64,000 bases of DNA from Mobula hypostoma (Eukaryota): the NCBI RefSeq assembly GCF_963921235.1, contig NC_086108.1, positions 31,498,001 to 31,562,000 of the forward strand, written 5' to 3'. The notes under the pieces are model-generated. The model was given only the letters and a program-made list of their open reading frames with translations. It ran no database searches and had not been told where the DNA came from. Both the position numbers and the translations under genes were made by a program. Positions 50,570 through 64,000 of this stretch are shown piece after piece; within the stretch, counting starts at the first letter, position 1, and each line of letters starts with the position of its first letter.

Positions 50570-52140
50570 CACACTTAACCCATAACCACTGGTTGTAGTC
50601 CAACCCAACTTCAGTGGAAAAAAGCCTGCTTGCAATTACCCTACGTATACCCCTCATAATTCTGCATATCTCTATCAAATCTCCCCTCAGTCTTCTACGT
50701 TCCGAGGAATAAAGTCCTAACATTCATTTTCCTTATAACTCAGGTCCTCCAGACCTGGCAACAGCCTTGTAAATCTCCTCTGCACTCTTTCACCCTTGTT
50801 TACATCTTTCCTAAAAGGTAGGTGACTAAAACTGCATACAATACTCCAAATTAGGCCTCATCAATGTCTTATACAACTTCAGCGTAACATCCCAACTCCT
50901 ATAATCAATACTTTGATTTAAGAAGGCCAATGTGCCAAAGGTTTTCTTTACAACCCTATCTACCTGTGACACCATTTTCAATGAATTATGAACCTGCATT
51001 CCCAGATCCCTTTGTTCTACTGCACTCCTCAGTGCCCTACTGTTCACTATGTACCCTGGTTGGTCCTACTGAACTGTAAAATCTCGCAGTTGTCTGCAGT
51101 AAATTCCATCTGCCAGCTTTCTACCCATTTTTCCAGCTGGTCCAGATCCCGCTGCAAGCTCTGATAGTCTTCCTCTCTGTCCACTACCTCCCCAGTCTTG
51201 GTGTTATCCTCAAATATGCTAATCCAATTAGCCATATTATCTTCCTGATCATTGATATAAATGACAAACAACAACAGACCCAGCACCGATTCAATAGACA
51301 ACAGACAATAGGTGCAGGAGTAGGCCGTTCGGCCCTTCGAGCCAGCACCGCCATTCACTGTGATCATGGCTGATCAACCACAATCAGTATCCAGTTCCTG
51401 CCTTATCCCCATAACCTTTGATTCTGCTATCTTTAAGAGCTCTATCCATCTCTTTCTTGAAAGCATCCAGAGACTTGGCCTCCACAGCCTTCTGGGGCAG
51501 AGCATTCCATATATCCACCACTCTCTGGGTGAAAAAGTTTTTCCTCAACTCCGTTCTAAATGGCCTACCCCTTATTCTTAAACTGTGGCCTCTGGTTCTG
51601 CACTCACCCATCAGCAGGAACATGTTTCCAGCCTGCAGCGTGTCCAATCCCTTAATAATCTTATATGTTTCAATAAGATCCCCTCTCAGCCTTCTAAATT
51701 CCAGAGTATACAAGCCCAGTCGCTCTAATCTTTCAACATATGACAGTCCCACCATCCCAGGAATTAACCTTGTGAACCTACGCTGCACTCCCTCAATAGC
51801 AAGAATGTCCTTCCTCAAATTTGGAGACCAAAACTGCACACAGTACTCCAGGTGTGGTCTCACCAGGGTCCTGTACAGCTGCAGAAGGACCTCCTTGCTC
51901 TTATACTCAATTCCCCTTGTTATGAAGGCCAGCATGCCATTAACTTTCTTCACTGCCTGCTGTACTTGCATGCTTGCTTTCAGTGACTGATTCCTGCAGC
52001 ACTCCACTTGTCACAGGCCTCCAGTCAGAGAGGCAACCGTTTGCTAGCACACCTGGCTTCTCCCACAAGGCCAATGTCTAATCCAATTTAACACGTCATT
52101 CTGAATGCCGAGCAACTGAACCTTCTTGACCAATATTCTA
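50570..52140 (-). mobile_element. Older CR1 LINE containing a younger CR1 (~51292-51990)
   Basis: ORFs 50493..50723, 50826..51047, 51047..51367; nested ORF 51384..52007 with a (CAATAGA)n tail. Confidence 0.88.
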
Positions 52141-53540
52141 TCAACTCCTTCACCTGCCAGCATACAGTCCCTCGATGCATCGATTTTCCTGATTCTTTTT
52201 TAAAATTCATTTATACAATTTGGATAGCCCTGGAAGGATCATATTTACTGCCGAAGGAGGCGATCCATCCCTTTTTGCTGTTTTAATAAAACAGAATGCC
52301 TCATTAGGCTATTTCAGAAGGCAGTTGCTTTAGCTTGGAGTCGCCTACGGGCCAGACAGGGTAAAGAGAGTAGATTTTTTTCTCTTGTGAACATCTTTGA
52401 AGCAGATGGAGCAGGAAGCCAATCCTCCATTGCTGAGACTCTATTTCCAAATGTAATTCCAGATTACCTAACTGAGTTAATTTCACCAAGTGTCATCAGG
52501 GGATTGAACCAACTGATTGACAGGAAGCTCCTTAACCTCATTTACTGAATTCCACCAAAACCTGTCCAACTGGGAGAAAATTAGTTAAGACTCACAAACT
52601 AGATTAATGTCCTTTAATAGTTTTATGCTTTTATAAATACTATACAAATACCATCCTTTATATCTTCCAGATGTTTCCACTTAACTTTAAGTATCACTTA
52701 CTTTAACTTAAGATGATTTGAGACACTAGTAGTCAATTGGAATAGTCTATTCCCACATCAAGTCTATCCACAGTTCCTTGCTAAAGTTTGCCTTGAATTT
52801 TTTTTTAACAAATATTACACTCCATGGTAATTTGATTGACACGATCCCTGGTTATCTGTGATACCTTAATGTTACCACCTTTTTCTTAATCTTACCTGCT
52901 TGCTGTGAGTCTGACATGATTCCCTCTCAATCCCACATCAGTGAATTAGCCCAGTATCCTCTCAAGGGAAGGCCCTTCTATTCATCAGTAAAGGAAAGCA
53001 ACACACAAAAGATAGACTACAGGTAAACTACAACTCAAAACTGAAAATATTCAGCCAGTCAGACAGCGTAGGTGGAAAGAGACACAGTTAATGTTTCAGA
53101 TCAAAGATCCTTCAGAAGACCTGGAAAGGAGAGAGAAATCTTCTCTGCACCATCTCTAGTGTAATCACATCATTGTTGTAGTGTAGTGGTCAGAGCTGTG
53201 GTCTAACTAGTATTGTACTGTTGTAGACTAATCACCTTGCTCTTGAATTCTACAGCCCAGCTAATGAAATGGATAGTTTTTTGATTTGTCTTGCTACCTT
53301 CTAGTAGCTGTGCACATACATTATAAGGTATCACTATTCTTCCACGCCTGCTCTATATTTTCCTGCTTTTTGACCATTTCTCTCCTCTTTGCACCACCTC
53401 GAATGCATTACCTCACATTCTTCTGGATTAAATTCCATTTTCCACTTTGTCTGTCCAATTGAAGAAACAAACTATTTGCACCTCCAGTCCAATCATTTCC
53501 TCCTCGTGTTGCCAATTTTTGTCACCTGTATTACTCAGCT

Positions 53541-53920
53541 TACTGTATGTAGTGGGTGGCAGGGTGGAGATACGTCTCTACCAAAGGAGGTATAAGGCAC
53601 TCCTTCCCACTGCAAGCCTGTAGGTCACCCTTGGGCAAAGTGTAGCACCTGCTTAGCTCCCTGATCAGGATCACGTGAAGCCATGGGAGCAGGTGGTGGA
53701 CGGTCATATGAGCAGCTGGCGTATATCATAAGTCCTGGTTATGTGACAACTGGCACTAGGCAGATAATCTTTGAAGAGTATTGATAGTGGCCCCATGGGG
53801 TCAACTGTCTTGTGATGACATCGCCCAGAAGAAGGCAATGACAACGTACTTCTTTAGAAAAATATGCCAAAGACCATGATCGCCCACATCATATGACACG
53901 GCACATAATGAAGAAGATGA
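53541..53920 (+). mobile_element. RTE-related non-autonomous retroelement (intact copy)
   Basis: Homologous to 37230-37447 + 39053-39178; AGAAGGCAATG motif; short trinucleotide tail. Confidence 0.75.
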
Positions 53921-54029
53921 CTGTATATAGGTCTAAATTGCACAGAACATAAAAAGCAAGAGACTGCACACTAATCCCTAGGAAACTTTGCTGGTAACAC
54001 AATTCTAATCAGAATATCACCCATTAAAC

Positions 54030-54700
54030 TTTAAATTCCTGGGTGTCACTATCTGAGAGGACCTGCCCTGCACCCATCATATAAATATAATTACAAAGAA
54101 AGCACGACAGTGCCTCTATGTGATCAGGAGTCCACGGAGATTAGACATGTCATCAGAAATTTTGGCAAACTTTTACAGATGTGTGCTGACTGGCTGCATC
54201 ACAGCCTGGTACGGAAACACCAAAGCCTTTGAGTGGAAAATCCTGTAAAAGGCAGTGGATTCGGCCCAGTAATCATGGGTAAAACCCTCCCACCCATTGA
54301 ACACATCTACATGAAACATTGCCGTAGAAAAGCAGCATCCATCATCAAAGATCCTCACCACCCAGGCCATGCTCTTTTCTCGCTGTTGCCATCCGGTAGA
54401 AGGTACAAGTGCCCCAGGACTCTCACCATCAGGTTCGAGAACAGTTACTGCCCTTCAACCATCAGGCTCTTGGATAGCTACACCCATTTAAGTACTCTTT
54501 TATCTTGCTATTTCATGCTCGCAATTTATTGGTTTTTTTTCTGTATTTGTGCAGTTTGTTTACAGTTTACAGTTAGTTCCTGATGTTTACTGTTTACAGA
54601 TCTTGTTTACAGTTGCCAAGTATGCCTGCAGAAAGAGGATTTCAGGGCTGGATGTGGTGACATGTATGTACTTTGATTATAAATTTTACTTTGAACTTTA
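54030..54700 (+). mobile_element. Rex1/Babar-type LINE 3' end
   Basis: KAASIIKDPHHPGHALFSLLPSGRRYK; TTTGAACTTT tail. Confidence 0.88.
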
Positions 54701-57089
54701 ACCACAACCCTCTGCTCCTTGCCACCTGCTAGATTCATTCCGCTAGTCTCGCTTCTCTGGCCATTTACATATATCCTTTTACATTCTCATACTCTTTTTC
54801 TTACTCCATCACCATGTGTCCATCATAATCATTGCATATAATATCTAACTAACTCCACATCTTGATTTCTTCCTCCCCAGAAAAGTTAACAGTCACATCT
54901 TCCACAGCGTAAATGCCAGACTTCATACTCCGTAGCGCTCACCTTTGTAGTTTCCATAAACTAACAACACAAGCAGAGAAGTGAATAAAACTGAAATTAG
55001 TGCTAATATTTTTGAATGCCATTTTATTTGATTTCCAACCTGATTTGCATAAACCCAAGCTAATGTGAAAGAATGAGAATCACAGTAGCTTGTCCACTGT
55101 TTAAAAAAGAAACAAATACCTATCATTGAATGATTATAGTTATTAGTCAATTCTGGGAACTGGTCATTGTTTGAAACATTTTTAGTGTTGCAAGAGGATG
55201 TTGTGTGGTCACTGCAGCCAAAAAAGTGAATATTTTTAACACCTGCACTGGTAACTGAGCACAAGCAATAGCGTTTAAATGTCAGATAAAGTCAGATTGT
55301 AAGAGCAAGCGATCTGATAACCATTCTCACGCAAATACACCACAACCCTGACACTGGATTTCATCCTCTTTGGCATGTTAAACATGCCATCTTTCACCTT
55401 CTTCTTCCTCTTGGAATTAAGGCACCCGGTTCTGTGGCCTCTGAGTTGGTCGATAAGACTATGTTTGGATGCACATGGAACAGAAGTTGATTGATTTGGA
55501 GAGCAGTTTGGGAGGAAATGCCAGGTTTCCCAACAAATGGGTCAGATGTTCTCACTTCTGCTTGGATACTCCTTGCCCATCTAAGTATTCATGAGTGAGG
55601 GATTCCCATGAACTGATGGACATGTCATGTTCTTTCAAAGAAGCTTCAGTCCTGGCAAAAGGTCTCTGGCTATCCACTCAATCTATGCCTCTTATCAGCT
55701 TCAGTCCAAATCTTAGGTGCTGTCTGTGTGGAGTTTGCATGCTTTCCTTGTTGGCTTCATGAGTTTCTTTCAGGAGTGGGGCAATGGGATGAGACAAGTA
55801 TGGGCAACTAGGAGAGGCAGAGTTGGATGGGGGGGCAGAGTGGAGGAATAGGAAGGCTGCAGGGTAACAGAGAACAGCAAAATAGAGAAATGAATGGAGT
55901 GAAATTAAAAGTAATTCAATTCATTGTATGAAGTGTGCAATTAAGTTTTCATTCATCTTTGCATCTGAGCACAAATGTTGCCCCTGCTTCAGCACTCAGT
56001 TTCTCAGAAGTCATTGACCAACCAGAAATCTCTCTGAAGTCAGGAAGATCAGCTGCTCTTTGTTTCCACAGATGGCAGCCAGTCACTAGAGTGGAAACCA
56101 CAGTGCTCTGAAATATACCTAAACCTCAGGCAAATTGTGCTGTGGAACCACCTCTTCAGAAGCATTGAAAGTGCAACAGAAGAACCTGCAGATGCTTCAA
56201 CTAACCAAGCACGTCACAGCAGCATTAGTGGGGTGAGAAGGGCAATGAATGTTTCAGGTTAATAAGCTCTCATCAGAACTGTGTGATCTATCAGGTGGGA
56301 TGATCAAGGAGTTTGTACCCAGAGAATTATTATAGTAGTTTGAGAGATTAAAGGTAGAGAGTTGGACATTGGAAGTGATTTCATAGAGTTTTAAGACTAC
56401 AGAGTTGTCATAGCACAAATAAAAACACCATTTAGATCACTGAGTCTATGTTCCCCATAGAGCTATGCCATCAGTCCCACAACCTGCAAATTATTGGTCC
56501 TTATCCATCATGGGTACTCTAATGGCCAGTCTGCATCCCGTTGCCGTCGCCCTGCAGTATAGTGTTCCATGGATCCTTCCTCATCCCAGCACAGGTATGG
56601 GTTTATGAGTGATTCCACTTGCAAAGATATAAGTGCAGAAAACTGGGAAAGCACTCAGCAGGTCAGGCAGCATCCCTAGAGTAAAAACCAGAGTTAATGT
56701 TTCAGATCACTGACCAAATAGGTTAAGTCCTTTCTCCAACCTTCCCCTATATCTCACCATGTCTTCACCCTGTCCTTGTGAATGACTTCCTTCTCTCTCA
56801 ACTCTGTACTTCCCAACTTCCTTTTCTCATTGCTACATTCCTCCTCACCTACAGATCAAATTTTGTCCCTTCTGTCCTTCCAAACTATTGTCCTATCTCT
56901 ATTATCTCTCCAATATTCACATTGCCATAGAGTCATTGAGACATACGGCACAGAAACAGACCATTCAGCCCATCTTTTCCATGCCAGCTATCAAGCACCC
57001 ATCTATGCTAATCTCATTGATTAACAGTTGATAAGTTGCCTTCTGTGCCTTGAGTTTCAACTACTCATCTAGACAGTTCATAAGTACCG

Positions 57090-60000
57090 TGTTACAAGAC
57101 ACACCCAACCACTTCAGCTTCCGGAATTTAGATGCTCTAACTCTCTGGAGTATGGCTAGCTGGCGTGACCCTTTTAAAAGTTCAGAATGGTCCCACTAAT
57201 TGGCAATCGTGTTTTGGGCACCAAGAATGGTGTATTTAAAGAGCACCTGAATGGAGATTTGGTACTCAATCATAAGCCTAACTAGTAATATGATCTAGTG
57301 TTTGTTTTGTGTTCATTTCTCCATTCTGTCTGATACCGTGTCTCGATCCTTGCTTCGGATTCTCCAGCATTTGGGTCCAAACCATCCATGCTAAGGACTC
57401 TTATCACAGGAAGGTTGAGCCGTTATAGACCTAGCAGGGTATCAGAGTCTATCATCCGCTGTGAGCAGCTACAGCAAGAGAATTTTCAGACGGAGCCTGG
57501 AGATTCACGACCTCTTGTCAACTTTCACAAGAAGGAAGTCAGAGATGATCAGAAGAGCCAGTGAGTCGGTTTGCAGACTCAGTACCTCTTTCAACCCCAG
57601 AGAGATTCGACAGTGGCCTGGGTTCTTGCCGCAGCTTCCTCATCAAATGCGCGTTGATGTTTGAACTCCAGCAGGTCCGGTTCCCTTTGGAACGCGGAAA
57701 GGAGGCCTTCTGACTGTAAGAGTCCTAGCCTAGGCCGCCGAGCATTGGGAACGTAGGTCAGAGATTTGCTCGGATTTGGAGGAATTCATGGCCATCTTGT
57801 GGAAGATGTTCCACTGCACCACCAGAGCCAGCCAAGCCTAGGACCGCCTGATGAAGACTCAACGTGGCAGAAGGTCAGCGACCAACTACGTGACCGAATA
57901 TCGGACCTTGGCCCAACAGGGTGGCTGGTACGGGCAGGCCTTGGCGACTCCATACCGTCATGGACTCTGAGATGGACTGAAGGATGCCCTCGACTTGGGA
58001 GAGCCAACAGAGAACAGAGGTTCTGGTGCGCCAGTCCCTTCATCTCAATAATCACCTGGTAGAGTGAAACTGGGACTACTTCAAGGCGGATCCGAGCCCG
58101 GTCCCAACACATTATTGTTCCACTCCCCAACCTCGGACCGTGACCAGCCCATCTCCTGCTCAACATCCTGTCAAGCTCATGCAGGTCGGTTCTCCGCCAA
58201 TAAGAGGTCCCGACATTGGAGTCAACGCTGCTGTTATTACTGCGGGGAAGCAGGTCACCTGCGGGCCGAATGTCCCAGGCTGAAGCCATCAGGAAAACTG
58301 CTAAGACCATCCAGTGTCAGAAGGACTGTGACAGTACAGCCACTACTCCCAATCCCACGGATTTTAATTTCGTGCCAAAGGCAGCGTTCACCAGAGGCAG
58401 ATAAAGGGTGTTGTGGACTCTGAGGCAGCAGGTAAGCTTCTGGACTTAGGAACTACCCATCGGCTCACCATACCGCTGCGAGAGTTGAGCGAGTCCATTC
58501 CCACAACTGTCTCAGACAGCTGCTCACTTGGTTCTGGGCAATTTCAGCAACAGACTGGTTTTGCAGATGAGGATAGGGGATCATGTGGAAGACATTAGTT
58601 TCTACTTTATTGACTCTCCACTCATACCCCTGATCCTCACGTACCATTCTCTGTCCTAACATAATCCATCCGTGGACTGGAGGGAGGGGAGAATCATTGC
58701 TTGGTCCAGTCATTGTAAGAGGGTTTGTTTGTGGCGTTGTGCTCTGACCCCCAGACTCTTCCAAAACCAACGACCAACAAGAGGGTGGCCTTCAGTCCGA
58801 GGTAACCTAACCTGAGGCCTCCTAGAGACTAGTCCTGTCCTCAAGGACAGCCAAGCTGGACCTGGCCAAAAGGACTGGGCATGTCCCAACTGTCTAGTCA
58901 GGAACTAGAGAGAGGGAATCTGGAAGACCTGCAGCTAAGCCGAAGGGATCCAGCCGCCAGGTCTCGGGGAAAGGAAAAACTCCTATCACAGATCTTTGAA
59001 GCTTATCCCGGGGGGGGGCAGGGGGGGCGTGGGGTGGGGTGTATTAACAAGGGCCATCTGTAATGCCTTGCTGCTGTTGCCTAAGGATACAGATGGGGAT
59101 TTGGACTCGGATTTGGCCATTGTTTCTGCAAATGATTTCAGTGAACCTAGGGAGGGGTCTAAGGTCCATCAAATCATTCCTGCCACCTGAGATGCCTCAG
59201 GAGATGTCCTTGAAGGAATGTCCGGAGGAGATAGCAACACCCAAACCCATTAAGATCCTTTCCGTCTACAGGGACTTGGTGGAGATCTTCAGCAAGGGAA
59301 AGGCCTCGACCCCTCCACCGCACTGACCCTATGACTGTGCTATAGACCTGCAGCCTGGTACTTGTCGATTGTATGCCCTCTCAGGCCCAGAGAGAAGCAC
59401 AATGAAAGTATATAAAGGAGGTTTCTTGCCATGGGCTTTATTCAGCCCTCCACCTCACCAGCTGACGCAGGCTTCATCTTCGTACGAAAGAAAGATAAGA
59501 GCCTGCAGTCATGTGTTGATTATGGGGAATTAAGCTGCATAACAGCCATGAATCGTTACCCCCTTCAACACATGAATATGGCCTCCAAGATGCTCCAACG
59601 AGAGAGAGTATTCACAAAGCTAGACCTGCAGAGTGCATACAATCGGGTCCGTATAAAGGACGGTGATGAGTGGAAAACCACATTCAATACACCGACAGGG
59701 CATTATGAGTACCTGGTTATGCCCTTTGGTCTTGTGAAAACTCCAGCAATCTTTCAGGCCTTTACCAATGACATGTTCTGGGATACACTCCATAAGTATG
59801 CCTTCACCTACTTTGATGATATCTTCTCAAGGTCCATGAAGGAGCACATCTTTCATTTCAGGCATATCTTACGGACACTTCTAGACCATGGACTTTACAA
59901 TAAGCTGGAGAGGTCCGAATTTCACGCAACAGCCATTCCATTTTTGGGTTTCATCATCTCCAATGGCAAACTCAAGATGGACCTTACCAAGACCCAGACA

Positions 60001-61120
60001 GTCAGAGACTGGCCACAACTATCCAGTGTCAAACAAGTCCAATGATTCCTGGCATTTGCAAACTTCTATTGAGGCTTCAGCATGATGGCGCTAATGAAGA
60101 AATCCACGGGCCCTTATGTCTGGACTACTGAAGCAGAGGCTGCTTTTGAAGCGCTTGAACAGCGGTTCACATCAGCTCCCATCTTGGCTTCTCCTAACCC
60201 AGACCTTCCCTTCATCGTGAAGGTGGAAACCTCCCACATCAGAGTGAGTGCAGTGATGTCTCAACTATCACCTTCGGACAGTAAACTGCACCCGTGTGCC
60301 TTCTTCTCCAGGCAGCTATCCCCAGCTGAGAGAAACTATGGCATCAGCAGTTGGGAGCTTCTTGTGGTTACGTTAGCTTTGGAAGAATAGTGTTACTGGC
60401 TAGAGAAGAGCAAGAGCCCTTTTATCGTTTGGACTGACCAAAGAACCTGGCTTATATTCAGGCGTCCAAGAGGCGGAATTCCAGGTTGGCCAGGTGGGCT
60501 TCATTCTTTAACTGCTTTACTTTCATCCTGACCTATCGACAGGGGTCAAAGAACCAGAAGCCGTTTGCCTTGTCCCATCAAGTTTGACCAAGCCAAAGTG
60601 GTAGCGTCAATTCATTGGGGAATCGAAGCTCTTGTTCACAAGGCCAAGTGCAAGGGCACATTCCTGAGAATAGTTCTCCGGGTCAGCTGTTTGTCCCAAG
60701 TTCTGTCCAGTCCCAAGTGTTCCAACAGGGACATTCACCAAGAATGACCACTCACCCAGGGAATGCCAGGACCCTCCAGTTTATCAAAAGGCGGTAGTGG
60801 TGGCCTGAAATGACAAAAGAGGTTCAGCAGTACGTCCAGGCATGCAAGGTGTGTGCCCGAAACAAGGAGCCCCGAACCTGACCTCAAGGGCTCCTCCACC
60901 CCCTACCTGTTCCGGAAAGATCATGGGCGCATGTCTCCATGAACTTTGTCATGGGTCTACCGTCATCCAAGGGAAAGATAGTATGGTAGTTGTCAATTGG
61001 TTTTCAAAAGCTTGCCTTGCAGAAGCTACCATCTGCAGTGAAAATGGCCAAAATTGTCCTGGATCAGGTCTCCAGGATCCACAGATTCCCGGAGAATATT
61101 TTCTCGGGGATTGTGGTCCA
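57090..61120 (+). mobile_element. Ty3/Gypsy (Sushi-like) LTR retrotransposon, decayed, cut in the integrase by a CR1
   Basis: Putative 5' LTR 57090-57408 (TG...CA); Gag CYYCGEAGHLRAECP; protease VDSEAAG; RT 59431..60045 (LDLQSAYN...GHYEYLVMPFGL...YFDDI); RNase H PCAFFSRQLSPAERNY; integrase HPG...WWP...CKVC. Confidence 0.9.
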
Positions 61121-64000
61121 CAAGATGAATTTAGGGAGTTAGGAGGTAAACTAAAATGTAGGACCACAAAGGTAATAATCTCTGGACTACTACCAGTGCC
61201 ACGTGCGAGTCAGAGTAGAAATAGGAGGATATATCAGATGAATGCGTGGCTTGAAAAATGGTGCAAGGGGGAGGGATTCAAATTTCTGGGGCATTGGAAC
61301 CAGATCTGGAGGAGGTGGGACCGGTACAAACAGGACGGTCTGCACTTGGGCTGGACTGGAAGCAATGTAATAGGGGGACCATTTGCTACTGTTGTTCAGG
61401 AGGATTTAAACTAATGTGGCAGGGGGATGGGAACAAGTGCGGAGAGACGGAGGGGTGTAAAATGAGGGTAGAAGCAAAAAGTGGTAAGGTGAAAAGTAAA
61501 AGTGGCAGGCCGGCAAATCCAGGGCAAAAATCAAAAACGGCCACTTTTCAACATAATTGTATAAGGGCTAAGAGTGTTGTAAAAGCAAGCCTGAAGGTTT
61601 TGTGTGTCAATGCAAGGAGCATTCGTAACAAGGTGGATGAATTGAAAGTGCAGATTGTTATTAATGAATATGATATAGTTGGGATCACAGAGACATGGCT
61701 CCAGAGTGACCAAGGATAGGAGCTCAACATTCAGGGATATTCAATATTCAGGAGGGATAGACATGAAAGAAAAGTAGGTAGGGTAGCATTACTGGTTAGA
61801 GAGGAGATTAACGCAATAGAAAGGAAGGACATTAGCAGGGAGGATGTGGAATCGATATGGGTAGAGCTGCATAACACTAAGGGGCATAAAACGCTGGTGG
61901 GAGTTGTGTACAGGCCACCTAACAGTAGTAGTGAGGTTGGGGATGGTATTAAACAGGAAATTAGAAATGCGTGAAATAAAGGAACAGCAGTTATAATGGG
62001 TGACTTCAATCTACATATAGATTGGGTGAACCAAGTTGGTAAGGGTGCTGAGGAAGAGGATTTCTTGGAATGTATGCGGGATGGTTTCCTGAACCAACAT
62101 GTCGAGGAACCAACTAGAGAGCAGGCCATTCTAGACTGGATATTGAGCAATGAGGAAGGGTTCATTAGCAATCTAGTCGTGAGAGGCCCCTTGGGTAAGA
62201 GTGACCATAATATGGTGGAATTCATCATTAAGATGGAGAGTGACATAGTTAATTCCGAAACAAAGGTTCTGAACTTAAATAAGGGTAACTTTGAAGGTAT
62301 GAGATGTGAATTAGCTAAGACAGATTGGCAAATGATACTTAAAGGGTTGATGGTGGATATGCAATGGCAAGCATTTAAAGATCGCATGGATGAACTGTAA
62401 CAATTGTTCATCCCAGTCTGGCAAAAGAATAAACCAGGGAGGGTAGTGCACCCGTGTCTGACAAGGGAAATTAGGGATAGTATCAATTTCAAAGAAGAAA
62501 CATACAATTTAGCCAGAAAAAGCGGCTCACCTGAGGACTGGGAGAAATTCAGAGGAGGACAAAGGGCTTAATTAGGAAAGGCAAAACGATTATGAGAGAA
62601 AACTGGCAGGGAACATAAAAACTGACTGTAAAAGCTTTTATAGATATGTGAAAAGAAAAAGATTGGTTAAGTCAAATGTAGGTCCCTTACAGTCAGAAAC
62701 AGGTGAATTGATCATGGGGAACAAGGACATGGCAGACCAATTGAATAACTACTTTGGTTCTGTCTTCACTAAGGAGGACATAATTAATCTTCTGGAAATA
62801 GTAGGGGACCGAGGGTCTAGTGAGATGGAGGAAATGAGGGAAATACATGTTAGTAGGGAAGTGGTGTTAGGTAAATTGAAGGGATTAAAGGCAGATAAAT
62901 CCCCAAGGCCAGATGGTCTGCATCTCAGAGTGCTTAAGGAAGTAGCCCAAGAAATAGTGGATGCATAAGTGATAATTTTTCAGAACTCTTTAGATTCTGG
63001 ACTAGTTCCTGAGGATTGGGGGGTGGCTAATGTAACCCCGCTTTTTAAAAAGGGAAGGAGAGAGAAACCAGGGGATTATAGACCAGTTAGCCTGACATCG
63101 GTGGTGGGGAAAATGCTGGAGTCAGTTATCAAAGATGTGATAATAGCACATTTGGAAAGCGATGAAATCATCGGACAAAGTCAGCATGGATTTGTGAAAG
63201 GAAGATCATGTCTGACGAATCTCATAGAATTTTTTGAGGATGTAACTCGTAGAGTGGATAGGGGAGAACCAGTGGATGTGGTATATTTGGATTTTCAAAA
63301 GGCTTTTGACAAGGTCCCACACAGGAGATTAGTGTGCAAACTTAAAGCACACGGTATTGGGGGTATGGTATTGATGTGGATAGAGAATTGTTCGGCAGAC
63401 AGGAAGCAAAGAGTGGGAATAAACGGGACCTTTTCAGAATGGCAGGCAGTGACTAGTGGGGTACTGCAAGGCTCAGTGCTGGGACCCCAGTTGTTTACAA
63501 TATATATTAATGACTTAGATGAGGGAGTTAAATGTAGCATCTCCAAGTTTGCGGATGACACAAAGCTGAGTGGCAGTGTTAGCTGTGAAGAGGATGCTAA
63601 GAGGATGCCGGGTTACTTGGATAGGTTAGGTGAGTGGGCAAATTCATGGCAGATGCAATTTAATGTGGATAAATGTGAAGTTATCCACTTTGGTGGCAAA
63701 AACAGGAAAACAGATTATTATCTGAATGGTGGCCGATTAGGAAAAGGGGAGGTGCAACGAGACCTGGGTGTCATTATACACCAGTCATTGAAAGTGGGCT
63801 TGCAGGTACAGCAGGCGGTGAAAAAGGCGAATGGTATGCTGGCATTCATAGCAAGAGGATTCGAGTACAGGAGCAGGGAGGTACTACTGCAGTTGTACAA
63901 GGCCTTGGTGAGACCACACCTGGAGTATTGTGTGCAGTTTTGGTCCCCTAATCTGAGGAAAGACATTCTTGCCATAGAGGGAGTACAAAGAAGGTTCACC
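61121..64000 (+). mobile_element. Long CR1 LINE: ORF1 SGNH-esterase C-terminus plus ORF2 (APE endonuclease + RT) with stops; runs off the window
   Basis: VIISGLLPVP...DGLHL; NARSIRNK, ITETWL, MGDFN, LGKSDHN, QHGF, QGSVLGP, FADDTK. Confidence 0.95.

Noticed and set aside
51418..51990. Long antisense ORFs over CR1 copies (also 61731..62507)
   Set aside because: Shadow frames of LINE ORF2
60842..61414. 190-aa ORF resembling a novel fusion protein
   Set aside because: Chance read-through across the junction of decayed Gypsy integrase sequence and CR1 ORF1
1..64000. CRISPR arrays, operons or prokaryotic defence systems
   Set aside because: Vertebrate sequence; no repeat-spacer array, and all RT and nuclease motifs belong to eukaryotic transposons

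Overview
This is eukaryotic, repeat-dense vertebrate DNA. The repeat complement (CR1, Rex1/Babar, Penelope, V-SINE-like elements) suggests a cartilaginous fish such as a ray or shark, which is an inference. The only well-supported host gene is an intact 4-exon TNF-superfamily ligand on the minus strand, 44357..40207, 242 aa, FASLG-like with some TNFSF14/LIGHT-like features. All its introns are GT-AG, and it has a candidate TATA/kB/NFAT promoter. Most of the rest is transposon debris: many CR1 LINEs, Rex1/Babar LINEs, an R4-clade RLE LINE, Penelope GIY-YIG elements, two Gypsy elements, solo LTRs, a Charlie-type hAT, a probable Harbinger remnant and several SINE families, often nested. The most notable hidden structure is a minimal type-I hammerhead ribozyme motif in the Penelope terminal repeats. 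Three copies have intact cores, and two of them sit in an inverted-repeat element with a target-site duplication. A modular tRNA-SINE family and a few orphan exon-like segments were also seen. Repeat boundaries are read by eye and are approximate unless a TSD is given.
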